Shown piece by piece: positions 18,768 through 29,224 of a DNA stretch of 64,000 nt. The position numbers and the translations under genes were made by a program. The stretch is from Candidatus Latescibacterota bacterium (GTDB lineage: Bacteria > Latescibacterota > UBA2968 > GCA-2709665). The notes beneath the pieces are model-generated. The model searched no databases. It saw nothing but the letters and a program-made list of their open reading frames with translations, and was not told where the DNA came from. The stretch spans positions 4,768,001 through 4,832,000 of the forward strand of contig OZ220733.1 of NCBI GenBank assembly GCA_965116875.1, given 5' to 3'. Position 1 is the stretch's first letter. Every line of letters begins with the position of its first letter.

Positions 18768-19826
18768 CTACCGATGCGGTCCATAGTTTGTCCGCAGCCA
18801 ATCTTCCAGATATCGTGAGGGGTCCGTCTGAGACTCGCATTCCTTGAAGACCCGGACGGCTGCATTAAGATCCGCACCGACCGCCCGGTACACGTCATCG
18901 AAGACGTCGATTTCTTCGTGGTAGGTTCGATAGGCCATCATCACGGCATTGTTCAACCGCCGCCGGGGAAAGCGGGAATATGCGCCGGTCTTCAGATCCA
19001 GCCGGGAGAAGCGGTGCTTCGCACGTTCGAAGATCACCTCTCGTTCCTTCAGCTTCTCTCCGTACGAGCGTTCCGAATCATAGATCGCCTGGAGTTCTCC
19101 GGCGACGTCGCGCATGAACCGCCTGAACGTCCGTTCATCGGACCGCCTGTCCAGCATGCCAGACACGACAGAATTCTCCTGTCCGTGACGCTGCCGCATG
19201 AACTGCAGGGCGCCCGCCTCTCCCACAAAGGTCGCCAGGCTTTCATTGAAGGAGACCCGGCCCGGTATCCACACCGTGGCATGTGCCAACTCATGAATGA
19301 TGAGCTCGGCCAGGTCGCCGTCGCGATAACGCAGCATCGTACTCAGGATCGGGTCTGCGAACCAGCCCAGGGTACTGTAAGCGCCAACGGGGCGCAATAA
19401 CGTATCGAAATCCCGCGCCTCCAGTCGGTCCCGGTCCTTCTTCGCCCGGTCCAGATCAAAATAACCCCGGTAGGGAAAACGTCCCACTACCGGGTACGTC
19501 CATTGAACGGGCTCGATCCGGTCCTTTGGCGACGCGGTCAGCTGCCAGGAAACCGGTCCTTCGCCGATATCGATGTACGTGGTGTAATTGCGGGATCGGG
19601 CAAGCCCGATCCGTTGTTCCCCGAACCGTCGCACTTCCTGGATGAATTCGAGCCGTTCCCGGACCCGCGGGTCCAGACTCCGGTCCCCAAGCATGTTCGA
19701 GACGGGCTGCCGGTTCCAGAGCAACTGCGCCTGGCCGAGGACAAGGTGCCAATAGTACCCGAGTTCCAGGTTGAATCCGCACATCAGGGGCAGTATAGCG
19801 ATCATGGTCGAGCGGGTGAGGCTCAT
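18768..19826 (-). CDS. Predicted zinc-dependent aminopeptidase, exported
   Basis: YRGYF, AYSTLGWFADP, HELAH..FNESLATFV. Confidence 0.88.
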   Translation of the reverse strand: MSLTRSTMIAILPLMCGFNLELGYYWHLVLGQAQLLWNRQPVSNMLGDRSLDPRVRERLEFIQEVRRFGEQRIGLARSRNYTTYIDIGEGPVSWQLTASPKDRIEPVQWTYPVVGRFPYRGYFDLDRAKKDRDRLEARDFDTLLRPVGAYSTLGWFADPILSTMLRYRDGDLAELIIHELAHATVWIPGRVSFNESLATFVGEAGALQFMRQRHGQENSVVSGMLDRRSDERTFRRFMRDVAGELQAIYDSERSYGEKLKEREVIFERAKHRFSRLDLKTGAYSRFPRRRLNNAVMMAYRTYHEEIDVFDDVYRAVGADLNAAVRVFKECESQTDPSRYLEDWLRTNYGPHR

Positions 19827-20398
19827 TTCGACCGTTCCGCATCCATAAAATAGTAGCAGACGATGTGCTGCAGAACCAGGTGGACGTCCTCAACCCTCCC
19901 CATGTGGTCGGATTCCACGACGATGCAGTGGCACACCAGATCTTTCAGCATTCCGCCGCCGAATCCGGCAAAACCGACCGTGTGGCAGCCCCTCCCGTTT
20001 GCAAAACGCACGGCCCGGAGGACGTTTTCTGAATTCCCGCTCCCGCTGATCGCCAGCAGTACGTCTCCGGGTTCCGCGAAGTTTTTCAACTGCTCGACAA
20101 ACACGTCCTCGTAACTCAGGTCGTTGCTCAGCGCCGTCATCCACTCCACGTTGTCGGTCAGCGGAATCACCTTGAAACGGGCCTCCCGGCCCACCGACGC
20201 CCCCTTTCCCAAATCGTTCACGAAGTGGGAGGCCGTACTGGCGCTACCTCCATTTCCGATAGCGAAAATTCGCTTTCCGGAATCCCTGGCTTCCCGCATG
20301 AGCGTGATGACGGACGCGATGTCCGCGGGATTCAGCGAGGCCAGGAGTCTTTCATTTTCACGGATGTATCGTGCGGCGAAGTTTTCGATGGATTCCAT
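19823..20398 (-). CDS. SIS-domain phosphosugar isomerase (GmhA-like)
   Basis: GNGGSASTASH, ISGSGNSENV, EDVHL. Confidence 0.88.
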   Translation of the reverse strand: MESIENFAARYIRENERLLASLNPADIASVITLMREARDSGKRIFAIGNGGSASTASHFVNDLGKGASVGREARFKVIPLTDNVEWMTALSNDLSYEDVFVEQLKNFAEPGDVLLAISGSGNSENVLRAVRFANGRGCHTVGFAGFGGGMLKDLVCHCIVVESDHMGRVEDVHLVLQHIVCYYFMDAERSK

Positions 20399-20467
20399 GA
20401 GGTTCCCCGGCGTTTTGGCGCGATCACGTACTCCGCGCCGTCCGGACCCTTTCGCAACGCAGCCCGG

Positions 20468-21346
20468 TCAGTCGCGGGAATACAAACCCGCCGCCCGCCA
20501 CGCTTCGTCCAGCCCCCGGTGGGTCATACGCACCGCTTCACCGGCCGGAAGCTCCCCGACCATCCGGCTGAAGGGCTCCGGCGAAACGGGGCCGGCGTAT
20601 CCGATCTCGTTCAACGCGCTCAGGAAACCTGCCAGGTCGATCACGCCGGTTTCTGAGGGAAGCGCGCGAACGTGATCGATCTGTTCTTCCACGTCCACTC
20701 CCCGCGGTGCGTCGTTCACATGGACGTGGATAACGTCGCGCGGCGCGAGCGCCCTGACATCCGCGAGCGTGCCCAACGACGTATACCAGTGCCAGCAATC
20801 CAGCAGCAGACCCGCGTTGCCGGTCCCCAGCGCCTCGCAGAATCCCAGCATCCCACCGATGGAGTGTATAAAACCGTACCGTCTGCCAAGACGCAGCGTC
20901 CTCGGACCGATGAATTCCAGCCCGAGGCTGCAACCATGGTCCTTCAATACCTCGCAAATCGGGCGCAGGCGGTCCAGACACCACCGGAACTGCTCGCGGA
21001 AGGGCCGCTCGTCGGAAGCCGGTGCAATCCACTGCGAGACCCGGAAAGCGCCCACGGACGCGGCAGCGGCCGCCAACGCCGGCAATGCGTGCAAATCCCG
21101 CTCATAGTCCTCGAGGGGACCGTTCCAGGAAACCGGCAATCCCCATGCGCCGATCTTCAAGCCTGCATCGCGGAACAGCCCCGTGACGTGGTCCGCGCCT
21201 TTTTCTCGCACACAATCCGCCACCTCTCGAATGTGGACGTCCAGACCCTGAAATCCCGCGGATCCTGCCAATTCGAGCCCTTCCGAGAGCGTCGCTTTGA
21301 CACCGACGGCGCCCGGCGCCAGAGACTTGAACATGCGGTCCTCCAT
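20468..21346 (-). CDS. Sugar phosphate isomerase/epimerase (xylose isomerase-like TIM barrel)
   Basis: LGLEF, LLDCWH, HVHVND, EPF metal-ligand pattern. Confidence 0.85.
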   Translation of the reverse strand: MEDRMFKSLAPGAVGVKATLSEGLELAGSAGFQGLDVHIREVADCVREKGADHVTGLFRDAGLKIGAWGLPVSWNGPLEDYERDLHALPALAAAAASVGAFRVSQWIAPASDERPFREQFRWCLDRLRPICEVLKDHGCSLGLEFIGPRTLRLGRRYGFIHSIGGMLGFCEALGTGNAGLLLDCWHWYTSLGTLADVRALAPRDVIHVHVNDAPRGVDVEEQIDHVRALPSETGVIDLAGFLSALNEIGYAGPVSPEPFSRMVGELPAGEAVRMTHRGLDEAWRAAGLYSRD

Positions 21347-21349
21347 TGA

Positions 21350-22447
21350 TCAATTCAACGCCACGGCGTGCGCTTTCAGCACATCCGGGTTCAGTTCCAC
21401 CCCGAGACCGGGCCGCCGGCCGGGTCGGATGCGGCCGTTGACGATTTCTTCCGGCTGGAGGGTCAACTCCTTTCGCCACGCCACCTCGCCCCACCCATAT
21501 TCCAGAACCAGAAAGCCCGGCCGGGTGACCATGACGTGCATACCGGCGCTGATTGCAACCGGCCCGAACGGACCGTGCGGCGCCGTGGGTACTCCGAACC
21601 TCTCCGCCATTTCAGCGATCGACTTCAGCTTCGCGATACCGCCCACAACCGTTACGTCCGGCATGATCACGTCCATCGCTGCGTTCTCCATCACCTCCCG
21701 GAACTCACGTCCCTCCATTCGCCCTTCGCCGCCGGCCGTCCGCAGCCCGCATCGCCTGTTCACCTCGACAACGGCACCCAATTCAACTTCGGGAACAGGT
21801 TGTTCGAACCAATAAACGTCCAGATCACGCAGCGCAGCGGCGGTTTCCAGCGCGCCCCTGACGGTAAATCGGCTGTGGCAGTCAACCAGTAAATCCACTT
21901 CCGATCCCACCGCCCGGCGGACCGCCTGTACCTTGGCGACGCCCGGCAACGCGTCCGCCGCCGAGTCGATATCTCGACGCATCTCGTCAAAGGGCGCCAG
22001 CTTGACGGCATCGAATCCCTCTCCGACCGCCCGGGCGGCCAGGGACGCGAAGTTCTCAGGGCTGCGATCCTGCGATGCCCTGTTTATATTGGCATAGAGG
22101 CGGACATCGTCGCGAACGGGTCCCCCCAGAAGTGTGCAGACCGGAACGTCGAGCGACTTTCCGAGAATATCCCAAAGCGCCTGTTCCAGCGCGCTGACGG
22201 CGCCGAACGTATCCCTGTCGCAGCCGGTTCGCGTAAACCGGTTCAGGAAGTCCCGAATCCCGCGTGGATCCCTGCCCAGCAGCCATTCGGACAATTCCTT
22301 CGTGGCCCGAATCCTGCCGGCGTAGTTCCTGCCGGCGCGCAATTCCCCGAGGCCGCGCAGGCCCTCGTCGGTATTGACGCGAACAAAGACCCAGTCTCCG
22401 CGATGATTCACCCCGACGGCGACCAGATCGACACCCGTAATTTTCAT
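21350..22447 (-). CDS. Mandelate racemase/galactonate dehydratase (DgoD-like) family enzyme
   Basis: EQALWDILGK, LYANINR, VDCH, FEQP, MPDV, APH. Confidence 0.87.
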   Translation of the reverse strand: MKITGVDLVAVGVNHRGDWVFVRVNTDEGLRGLGELRAGRNYAGRIRATKELSEWLLGRDPRGIRDFLNRFTRTGCDRDTFGAVSALEQALWDILGKSLDVPVCTLLGGPVRDDVRLYANINRASQDRSPENFASLAARAVGEGFDAVKLAPFDEMRRDIDSAADALPGVAKVQAVRRAVGSEVDLLVDCHSRFTVRGALETAAALRDLDVYWFEQPVPEVELGAVVEVNRRCGLRTAGGEGRMEGREFREVMENAAMDVIMPDVTVVGGIAKLKSIAEMAERFGVPTAPHGPFGPVAISAGMHVMVTRPGFLVLEYGWGEVAWRKELTLQPEEIVNGRIRPGRRPGLGVELNPDVLKAHAVALN

Positions 22448-22456
22448 CCCGTCGAC

Positions 22457-23524
22457 CTATGCCCGATAGACTTCGGCGACACGAGCCGCGATCCCTCTCC
22501 AGTCAAGCGACCTGGCGCGATCAAATGCCGCGATGCCGGCCGCATCGAGGTCGCGTCGTCTGATGTCGAGCAGGGCGTTTGACAGCGCCCCACTGTCCTT
22601 CGGGTCGTACAATATGCCCATTGAGTCATCGACCAGTTCCGGAAGGCATCCCATCGCCGGTACGATGACCGGCTTCCCGAACGAAAGGGCGGCGATTGCG
22701 GATCCGGACGTCAGAACTTGTGAAAACGGCAGTACCACGACGTCCGCGGCATTCAGATAGATCTGAAAGTCTTCATTCGGGAAAAAGGAGTGCGTAAACA
22801 CACGAATGCGTTCGTCCTCCTCCGCCAGGGCAATGACCCGTTCGGCGTGACTTCCATCAAAGGCTCTTCGGGTCATAATAGCCAGCCGCGTGTCGGGAGC
22901 CGCACATTCACGATAGGAGCGGATCAGCTCTTCGATTCCCTTGTATACCCTGGCGTTTCCAAAGAACAGATAGACAAACGCGTCCGCCGGCAACTGCAAC
23001 CGGCGCCGGGCCGCATCTCTCGAGATCTCGTTGGGGAAGACGTCGATGTAGTGGCCGTGCGGAATGACGTGCACCCGATCGGCGCGATAGAAGAGTCTGC
23101 GCGCAAGTCTGGCGCCGTAGCTGCAGTGCGCAATCATGCCGTCGGCCAGACTTCCCACGATCAACCGCGCCATATGGTCCAGGTCCGGGAACGGTCGTTC
23201 GTGCGGGTACCTGTTGTGCAACGTCCAGACAACCCGGTACCCCAGTTCCCTGGCATAGTGCAGATTGTCTGCAAAGCGGTTGAGCCGGGAAACCGATTTC
23301 TCAAGGGTGTCATCCCGGTAGAACCAGTGCAGCCAGTTCAGGTGCAATACCTCATAGTCGCATCGCGCGGATTCCAACCAGTTCCGACTGAACGCGTAAT
23401 CGCCAAGCTCGAGATGGATGCCGAGCCGTGCCAGGTCGCGAGCAAGCAGGGGCCCATAGGGATTGCACCTGTCCTCCAGACCCAGGCCGCCTGCCGCGGC
23501 TTCCCAGAAGAAAAACGCCCGCAC
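22457..23524 (-). CDS. Glycosyltransferase family 4
   Basis: WTLHN, IPHG, FFGNARVYKG, ADVVVLPF..TSGS..ALSFGKPVI. Confidence 0.87.
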   Translation of the reverse strand: MRAFFFWEAAAGGLGLEDRCNPYGPLLARDLARLGIHLELGDYAFSRNWLESARCDYEVLHLNWLHWFYRDDTLEKSVSRLNRFADNLHYARELGYRVVWTLHNRYPHERPFPDLDHMARLIVGSLADGMIAHCSYGARLARRLFYRADRVHVIPHGHYIDVFPNEISRDAARRRLQLPADAFVYLFFGNARVYKGIEELIRSYRECAAPDTRLAIMTRRAFDGSHAERVIALAEEDERIRVFTHSFFPNEDFQIYLNAADVVVLPFSQVLTSGSAIAALSFGKPVIVPAMGCLPELVDDSMGILYDPKDSGALSNALLDIRRRDLDAAGIAAFDRARSLDWRGIAARVAEVYRA

Positions 23525-23527
23525 CGT

Positions 23528-24472
23528 TCAATATCCTTTTTTCTTGTCGATCACGCTCAACAGCGGCTGCCCGGCCTCCAGCCTTTTCAGGTTTTCACAG
23601 AACAGGTTTACGATGCGATCCTGTCTGTTCGGCGACCCTCCTGCCGTGTGCGGGGTGATCAGGACGTTTTCCATCTTCCACAATGGATGGTCCGGCGGGA
23701 GCGGTTCAACCGGTACGACGTCCAGTCCCGCCCCGGCGATCCTTCCGCGCGCCAGCGCGTCGACCAGCGCGTGTTCGTCCATGATTCCGCCTCGCGTTAC
23801 GTTGATCAGCAGCGCGCCGGATTTCATGGAGCGGAAGGCGCGTTCGTCGAACATACCCCGTGTATCGGGCGTCAGGGGCGCGCATACGGACACCACGTCG
23901 GACAATGCCAGAAGGTCGTGAAACCGGTCCATCTTCCAGCAGGACGCCACGCAGGGTTGCACATCCACGTCTTCCGGGTCCACCGCGATGACCCGCATGC
24001 CGAACGCCCCGGCTCTTCTGGCGAGTTCCCGGCCGGTCCCTCCCAGACCCACGATTCCCATCGTCATGCCCACAAGTTCCCAGCTCGCGTTCCGGATCGG
24101 CATACGCTGGTCCCACCCGGGTTTCCGTACGGCCCATGCGATTCCTCGTGTGAGCCCGAGCAACAGTGCCATGGCGTGCTCGGCCAGATGCACGCCGACG
24201 GTTCCACGACCGCTTGTCAATACAACGTTACTGTCGACGAACGACTTGAACAGCTGCCCGTCAACGCCGGCGCCCCAGGTCTGTACCCAGCGCAATCGCT
24301 CTCCCCGCCGGAACATCTCCGGGCTCAGGCTGCCGAAAACCACTTCCACCTGTGGCATGACGTCCAGCATTTCGACTTCGGACTCCGGCATCACCAGTTG
24401 CGCGCCTTCGACCGCAGACGCAATCTCCTCCCTGTGACGATCCGTCAATTCCACCCGCAGCAGGATTTTCAT
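23528..24472 (-). CDS. D-2-hydroxyacid dehydrogenase
   Basis: GAGVD, GLGGTG, INVTRG, GLDV..EPLP, TPHTAG. Confidence 0.92.
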   Translation of the reverse strand: MKILLRVELTDRHREEIASAVEGAQLVMPESEVEMLDVMPQVEVVFGSLSPEMFRRGERLRWVQTWGAGVDGQLFKSFVDSNVVLTSGRGTVGVHLAEHAMALLLGLTRGIAWAVRKPGWDQRMPIRNASWELVGMTMGIVGLGGTGRELARRAGAFGMRVIAVDPEDVDVQPCVASCWKMDRFHDLLALSDVVSVCAPLTPDTRGMFDERAFRSMKSGALLINVTRGGIMDEHALVDALARGRIAGAGLDVVPVEPLPPDHPLWKMENVLITPHTAGGSPNRQDRIVNLFCENLKRLEAGQPLLSVIDKKKGY

Positions 24473-24516
24473 GTCGTTGCCTCAGATCCGCAATGTGAGA
24501 TCGCCTGCCGGTTCAT

Positions 24517-25764
24517 TCAGAATGTCTCGGCGGCGGAGGCTCGAACCGCCGCGGCGAGGGCGTCGATCTTTTCGTCGGGGAACCATGGGTTGACGGTGGT
24601 CAGAAGGAGTACCCGCTGCAGCAGGTCTTCGGTGCGGGGGCAGAGGCCAGGGCCGTACGAGACATCGCCGTCGTACGCCGGCGAATTCCAGGGATTCGAG
24701 TGGGGAGAAGCCGTGGCCTGGTTCCGGATGGGCGGCCCCATATAGACCGGCTTTCCGTTGTATCCCAAACCGGCCGAAAACCCTCGAGCGCGCATCGAAT
24801 TCGCAAACCGTGAGCAGGTGTCTCGATCCTCGAAGATCAGATCCCAGTGGACCCCGAGGTGGCCGTCTTCGTCGTTTGCCGGTCTGATATTCACACCGGG
24901 CGCGCCAGCGATGGCCTCCTTGAATCGCCGGAACTTGCCACGCAGGGCCTCGACAACGTCATCCATCTTCTGCAACTGCGCGAGCGCAACCGCCCCGGAC
25001 ATCTCGGGCATGCGGTAATTCTCGCCCACAAAGGGTTCCAGGGTCGGCTCGAAGCCCGGAAATCGGGTCTTTTCCCGAAACAGTCCCTGGTCGTGGTAGC
25101 GTACGGCGCGTTCGTAGAGTTCCGCATTGTCGGACAACACCACACCGCCCTCCCCGGATGTGATAATCTTTCCGAACTGCAGGCTGAACGCCCCCAGATC
25201 GCCCCACGTCCCGATGGCTTTTCCACGATAAGTAGCGCCGGCGCTCTGGGAGCAGTCTTCGACCACTTTCAATCCATGCCTCGCGGCGATTTCCATTATG
25301 CCATCCATCCTGCAGGGTGTCCCCCACAGATGTACCGGCAGAATGGCCTTCGTCCGGGGCGTAATTCTGGATTCGATGGCATCCGGGTCCAGCGTCATCG
25401 AACTGTCGACTTCGGAGAAGATCGGTACGCCCCCGAGCAGGACGACCGCCCCCGGTGTGGCCACAAATGTGACCGGGGGCATAATCACCTCGTCGCCCGG
25501 GCCAACCCCCGCGGCTACGAGGGCGACCTTGATTGCGGCCGTTCCGGAAGTGACTGCAAGCGCATACGCGGAATCCATCCTCCGGGCAAAACCCTGTTCA
25601 AAACGCGCCACCATGTCCAGACGGTCGGGACCGTAATCCCTCGAAAGAGATCGACTCTTTATGACTGCCAGAACCTCCTGAACCTCCTCATCGTCCAGTA
25701 CGGAAGCCCCGGCGTGCAGATTTCGCACCGGACTCTCCGGTGGCAATGTCCGATTCTTCGCCAT
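24517..25764 (-). CDS. DegT/DnrJ/EryC1/StrS PLP-dependent sugar aminotransferase
   Basis: SGTAA, PVHLWG, EDCSQ, FSLQFGKIITSGEGG, GENYR. Confidence 0.92.
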   Translation of the reverse strand: MAKNRTLPPESPVRNLHAGASVLDDEEVQEVLAVIKSRSLSRDYGPDRLDMVARFEQGFARRMDSAYALAVTSGTAAIKVALVAAGVGPGDEVIMPPVTFVATPGAVVLLGGVPIFSEVDSSMTLDPDAIESRITPRTKAILPVHLWGTPCRMDGIMEIAARHGLKVVEDCSQSAGATYRGKAIGTWGDLGAFSLQFGKIITSGEGGVVLSDNAELYERAVRYHDQGLFREKTRFPGFEPTLEPFVGENYRMPEMSGAVALAQLQKMDDVVEALRGKFRRFKEAIAGAPGVNIRPANDEDGHLGVHWDLIFEDRDTCSRFANSMRARGFSAGLGYNGKPVYMGPPIRNQATASPHSNPWNSPAYDGDVSYGPGLCPRTEDLLQRVLLLTTVNPWFPDEKIDALAAAVRASAAETF

Positions 25765-25782
25765 CCCGGTTTCTCCCTCGCG

Positions 25783-27183
25783 TCATGCCGGAAAGGCAGG
25801 ACGCAGAAAATCGCCGGTTTCCTGCATCCAGCCGGCGAGTTGCGCTCTCAGTTCGTCGCGGGCCCCACGAAAACAAGGTTCCTTCGCGAGGTTTTGCAAT
25901 TCATTCGGATCCGCTTTGCGATCGAAAAGCTGATCGGCATCGCGATGGTGATAGATATATTTGTATGCGTCTGTCACCACCCCCCTTGTATGGATCCCGC
26001 CCCTGTTATACCCGTTGAACTCGACAAACGCCGCCCCGCCGGCGCCTCTCCGGGCGCCGGTCAGATCCGTCATCAGGCTCCTGCCCTGTACCCGTTCCAT
26101 CGGCGGAAGATCCAGCAGATCCAGAATGGTTGGCGGCAAATCGACGTGAGAGCCGAAACCGCCTCGAACGCCGGGCTTGATGCCGGTTGAGGCGATCATG
26201 GCCGGCAGCTGGATGGATTCCGCGTAGAGTACGCCCTTCTGGTAGAGGTTGTGGGCGCCGAGCATTTCGCCGTGATCGCAGGTAAAGACAACGACCGTGT
26301 CGTCCGCTCGGCCGGAAGCCTCCAGCGCGTCCAGGACCGTGCCCACGCAGACATCCAGAAACGCGACAAAACCCCAGTAGGTTGCCGTCGCCAACGCCCA
26401 GCGCTCCCAGGACCAGCCGCGCACACACTGCGCTCCCGCGGCGTTCCGAACGGGATCCGGCAGGCCGTCCATATTCTCGCCGAAGCTTGGCGGAGGCGAC
26501 ATCTCCCCTGGCGAAAACATACTGAAATACGGTTCGGGAACCAGAATCGGAGGATGGGGACCGCCCAGCGAACACCATGCCGCAAACGGTCGATCGCTCG
26601 GCGCGCAGCGGATGAACTCGCTTACGTTTCTCGCAATTTCCATATCGGGATGGGCATCTGACGGCTCCAGCCAGCGCGCCGGAACCGGAATGCTGATACC
26701 CCAATCGTGCATTGCCCCCGCGTCGGTGGGCGTGGAGATGGGCGCCCTCTGATCTCCGTCCTTGCCGCCCTGCGCGATCAGCATTCTGAGATGGTCCTTG
26801 TACGGGAATCCGCGCGGCACGAAGTGGGCGTATTCTCCGGACCGGTCGTCCTCCGGCTGCCGGTTGACGTGCCAGATACCCTCGTATCCGACGTGATAGC
26901 CGTAATCCAGCAGTGCGTCGATCAGCAACTGCTCTCCGACGTTCAGTGTGTCGTACCCCGCGCCGAATGTCGTCGCTCCGTGGGCGTGCGGCCAGCGTCC
27001 GGTCATCATGGAAGGGCGCGTGGGCACGCACAGAGGGGATGCACAGTAAAACTCCTGGAATATCGCGCTTCGTTCGGCCAGCCCGTCGAGCCGGGGCGTT
27101 GGAACTCGCCCTCCGTAAGCACCCAGCGTCTGTCGCTGGAGTTGATCGCATAGAATCACGAGGAGATTTTTCTTCACCTGCAT
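25783..27183 (-). CDS. Formylglycine-dependent sulfatase
   Basis: ILCDQ, CVPTR (CxPxR), PHPP, DHGEMLGAH, DPNELQNL; start at MQVKKN. Confidence 0.9.
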   Translation of the reverse strand: MQVKKNLLVILCDQLQRQTLGAYGGRVPTPRLDGLAERSAIFQEFYCASPLCVPTRPSMMTGRWPHAHGATTFGAGYDTLNVGEQLLIDALLDYGYHVGYEGIWHVNRQPEDDRSGEYAHFVPRGFPYKDHLRMLIAQGGKDGDQRAPISTPTDAGAMHDWGISIPVPARWLEPSDAHPDMEIARNVSEFIRCAPSDRPFAAWCSLGGPHPPILVPEPYFSMFSPGEMSPPPSFGENMDGLPDPVRNAAGAQCVRGWSWERWALATATYWGFVAFLDVCVGTVLDALEASGRADDTVVVFTCDHGEMLGAHNLYQKGVLYAESIQLPAMIASTGIKPGVRGGFGSHVDLPPTILDLLDLPPMERVQGRSLMTDLTGARRGAGGAAFVEFNGYNRGGIHTRGVVTDAYKYIYHHRDADQLFDRKADPNELQNLAKEPCFRGARDELRAQLAGWMQETGDFLRPAFPA

Positions 27184-27340
27184 GTGCGTTCCCCGTCCGG
27201 CGTCTGCCCGGTTCTGTACGACGTTGCCCTGAACTGACGCGAAAATGGCGCCGTGTGCGTATCTTCGTACCCTGGCGCCGCAGTTGCGAAACGCGTTCAA
27301 GGACCCGGGCAGGTCGTTTCCGGCATCGCAGTTCTGCGTT

Positions 27341-27994
27341 TCAATCCGGTTCAATTACCAGGGAAACCGCCAGCCATCCTCCAACCGGGACAATGTTCGA
27401 AACCAGGCGCGGGTGCTGTGCCACGCGTCTGTTATATTCCTGGATTCCACGTCGGCCGTCTCCCGCGTCCAGCGCTTCGTGCGCATGACCGTGACCATTT
27501 GCGTTGTCCGCCACGATCAACCCGCCGACCCTCGTGTTTTCGAGAGCGAAATCCAGATACACCGGGTAGTTTTCCTTGTCGGCATCTATAAATACGAGGT
27601 CGAACGGCCCTTCTTCCACGAGGTTCTGCATTAACACGGCGCCTTCTCCAACGCGCACGTCAGTCCGATCCGCCAGGCCTGCCGCAGCCAGATTCCTGCG
27701 CGATACTTCGGCGTGTTTCGGATCGACCTCGAGAGAAACAAAACACCCGTCGTCCGGCAATGCCCGCGCCAGCCAAATCCCCGAGTAGCCGGCGAGCGAA
27801 CCGAATTCCAGGATCTTCTTCGCTCCGATCGCTTTCGCCAGCAAATAGAGCGTCTTTCCCGATTCCGGACTGATGGATATGCGCGGAAGCCCTTGAGCGG
27901 CCGCGCCGGGCATGACGCTCTTCAGCAATTCGTCCTCCCGGGCGAACACCTCCCGCCGATAGGTATCCAGGTCGGGATATGTCAACTCAGCCAC
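27341..27994 (-). CDS. O-methyltransferase (caffeoyl-CoA/YrrM-like)
   Basis: LEFGSLAGYS, FDLVFIDADK, VADN; GTG start after GGAGG (alternative ATG 28009). Confidence 0.9.
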   Translation of the reverse strand: MAELTYPDLDTYRREVFAREDELLKSVMPGAAAQGLPRISISPESGKTLYLLAKAIGAKKILEFGSLAGYSGIWLARALPDDGCFVSLEVDPKHAEVSRRNLAAAGLADRTDVRVGEGAVLMQNLVEEGPFDLVFIDADKENYPVYLDFALENTRVGGLIVADNANGHGHAHEALDAGDGRRGIQEYNRRVAQHPRLVSNIVPVGGWLAVSLVIEPD

Positions 27995-28010
27995 GTCGCC
28001 TGCCTCCATT

Positions 28011-29009
28011 CTACGCGCCCGCATTCGCCATATAGCCGCGAAAATCAACAACGCGCCCTTCGTCGGACGCCGCCCCGATTCCCTCCACCATTCCCACGGT
28101 GGCCAGATTGCGGTGTCCGCTGAAACCCGGTTCGATGCCTTCCGTCACGTACAGCTGAAACCCGTCCAGCAGGACCTCTTCCGGCGACGCGGTCGGATCG
28201 GGAGCGATGACTTCATCTTCGTCCTTACCCCGAGCGCGCACGACCAATCCGGAGTCGGTCACTTCCAGGGTACCGCCTTCCAGTTCCAGCCTCAGTGTGG
28301 ATCCACCTTTGTGCGCGGCGAACGTGCACAGATATCCACAGGTCGCCCCACCCTCGAATTCGATCCACGCGTGGACACCCGCTCCGCCCTTATAAGGGCT
28401 CCATGGCGGATTGAAGCTGTGCCCCCAAACGCGCACGGGATCGGCGTTGAAAAGAAATCGCAGCGTATCAAGATCGTGTATGCCCCGTTCCCAGAGATAA
28501 GCGTGCTCGTCTTCGCCTGAATGGTGAACCCGGGGTCTCCAGCCGTACTTGGTCATCAGGCCGAAGACAGGCCGTCCGTAAACGCCCTGTTTTACGAGAC
28601 GGTTGATCGTGACGTGGGCGGGCGCATACCTGGCGTTCTGACAGACGGCGACCCTGACGCCCATGGCGTCGGCTTCACGCACCACCCGGCATGCTTCCTC
28701 CAGGCTCTTTGTGAACGGCTTTTCCACCAGAACGTGTTTGCCCGCACGAACAGCCTGCAGGCACTGATCGGCGTGCAGCTGCGGGGGTGTAATGACAACG
28801 ACGGCGTCGGCTTCAACACGTTCGATCGCTTCGCGCAAAGACCCGTAGCACGCGGCTTCGGGCAATCCGGAATCCTCCCGCGCCGACCTCAGATTGTCTT
28901 CGTTTACATCGACGAGCGCCACACTTTGAAAGTCCGTCCGATCCAGCACGCGACGAACCGGCCACTTCCCCCTGCCCCCGACCCCAAGGTGAATAAGACG
29001 AATTGGCAT
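28011..29009 (-). CDS. Gfo/Idh/MocA family oxidoreductase
   Basis: GVGGRG, GKHVLVEKP, IHDLD. Confidence 0.9.
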   Translation of the reverse strand: MPIRLIHLGVGGRGKWPVRRVLDRTDFQSVALVDVNEDNLRSAREDSGLPEAACYGSLREAIERVEADAVVVITPPQLHADQCLQAVRAGKHVLVEKPFTKSLEEACRVVREADAMGVRVAVCQNARYAPAHVTINRLVKQGVYGRPVFGLMTKYGWRPRVHHSGEDEHAYLWERGIHDLDTLRFLFNADPVRVWGHSFNPPWSPYKGGAGVHAWIEFEGGATCGYLCTFAAHKGGSTLRLELEGGTLEVTDSGLVVRARGKDEDEVIAPDPTASPEEVLLDGFQLYVTEGIEPGFSGHRNLATVGMVEGIGAASDEGRVVDFRGYMANAGA

Positions 29010-29224
29010 ACCGTCTCCTCGAAAATCCGCTTTGCGGGCTGTTTGCGAATGAAAATCCGGGTTTGCACAATATAAGGAACTCGCCGGGAAGCCGCACGGT
29101 TTTCCTTCGCCTCACTGGAACCTGGACGCTGCGTTGTTTATCCGGTTGACATCGGTGTTCCAATGCGCTAATTATGTTTCTCGAAATACAGAGGGTTCAG
29201 GCATGGTTGGAGAAAGGAGACCGA

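Noticed and set aside
19823-20398. Calling the SIS protein gmhA
   Set aside because: Context is not heptose biosynthesis and the C-terminal motif (VEDVH) differs from canonical IQE.H; left unnamed
22790-24745. 651-aa plus-strand ORF, and similar long ORFs such as 3668-5134, 16718-18223, 24847-26190 and 55680-57194
   Set aside because: Antisense shadows of well-supported genes in GC-rich DNA; no recognisable motifs
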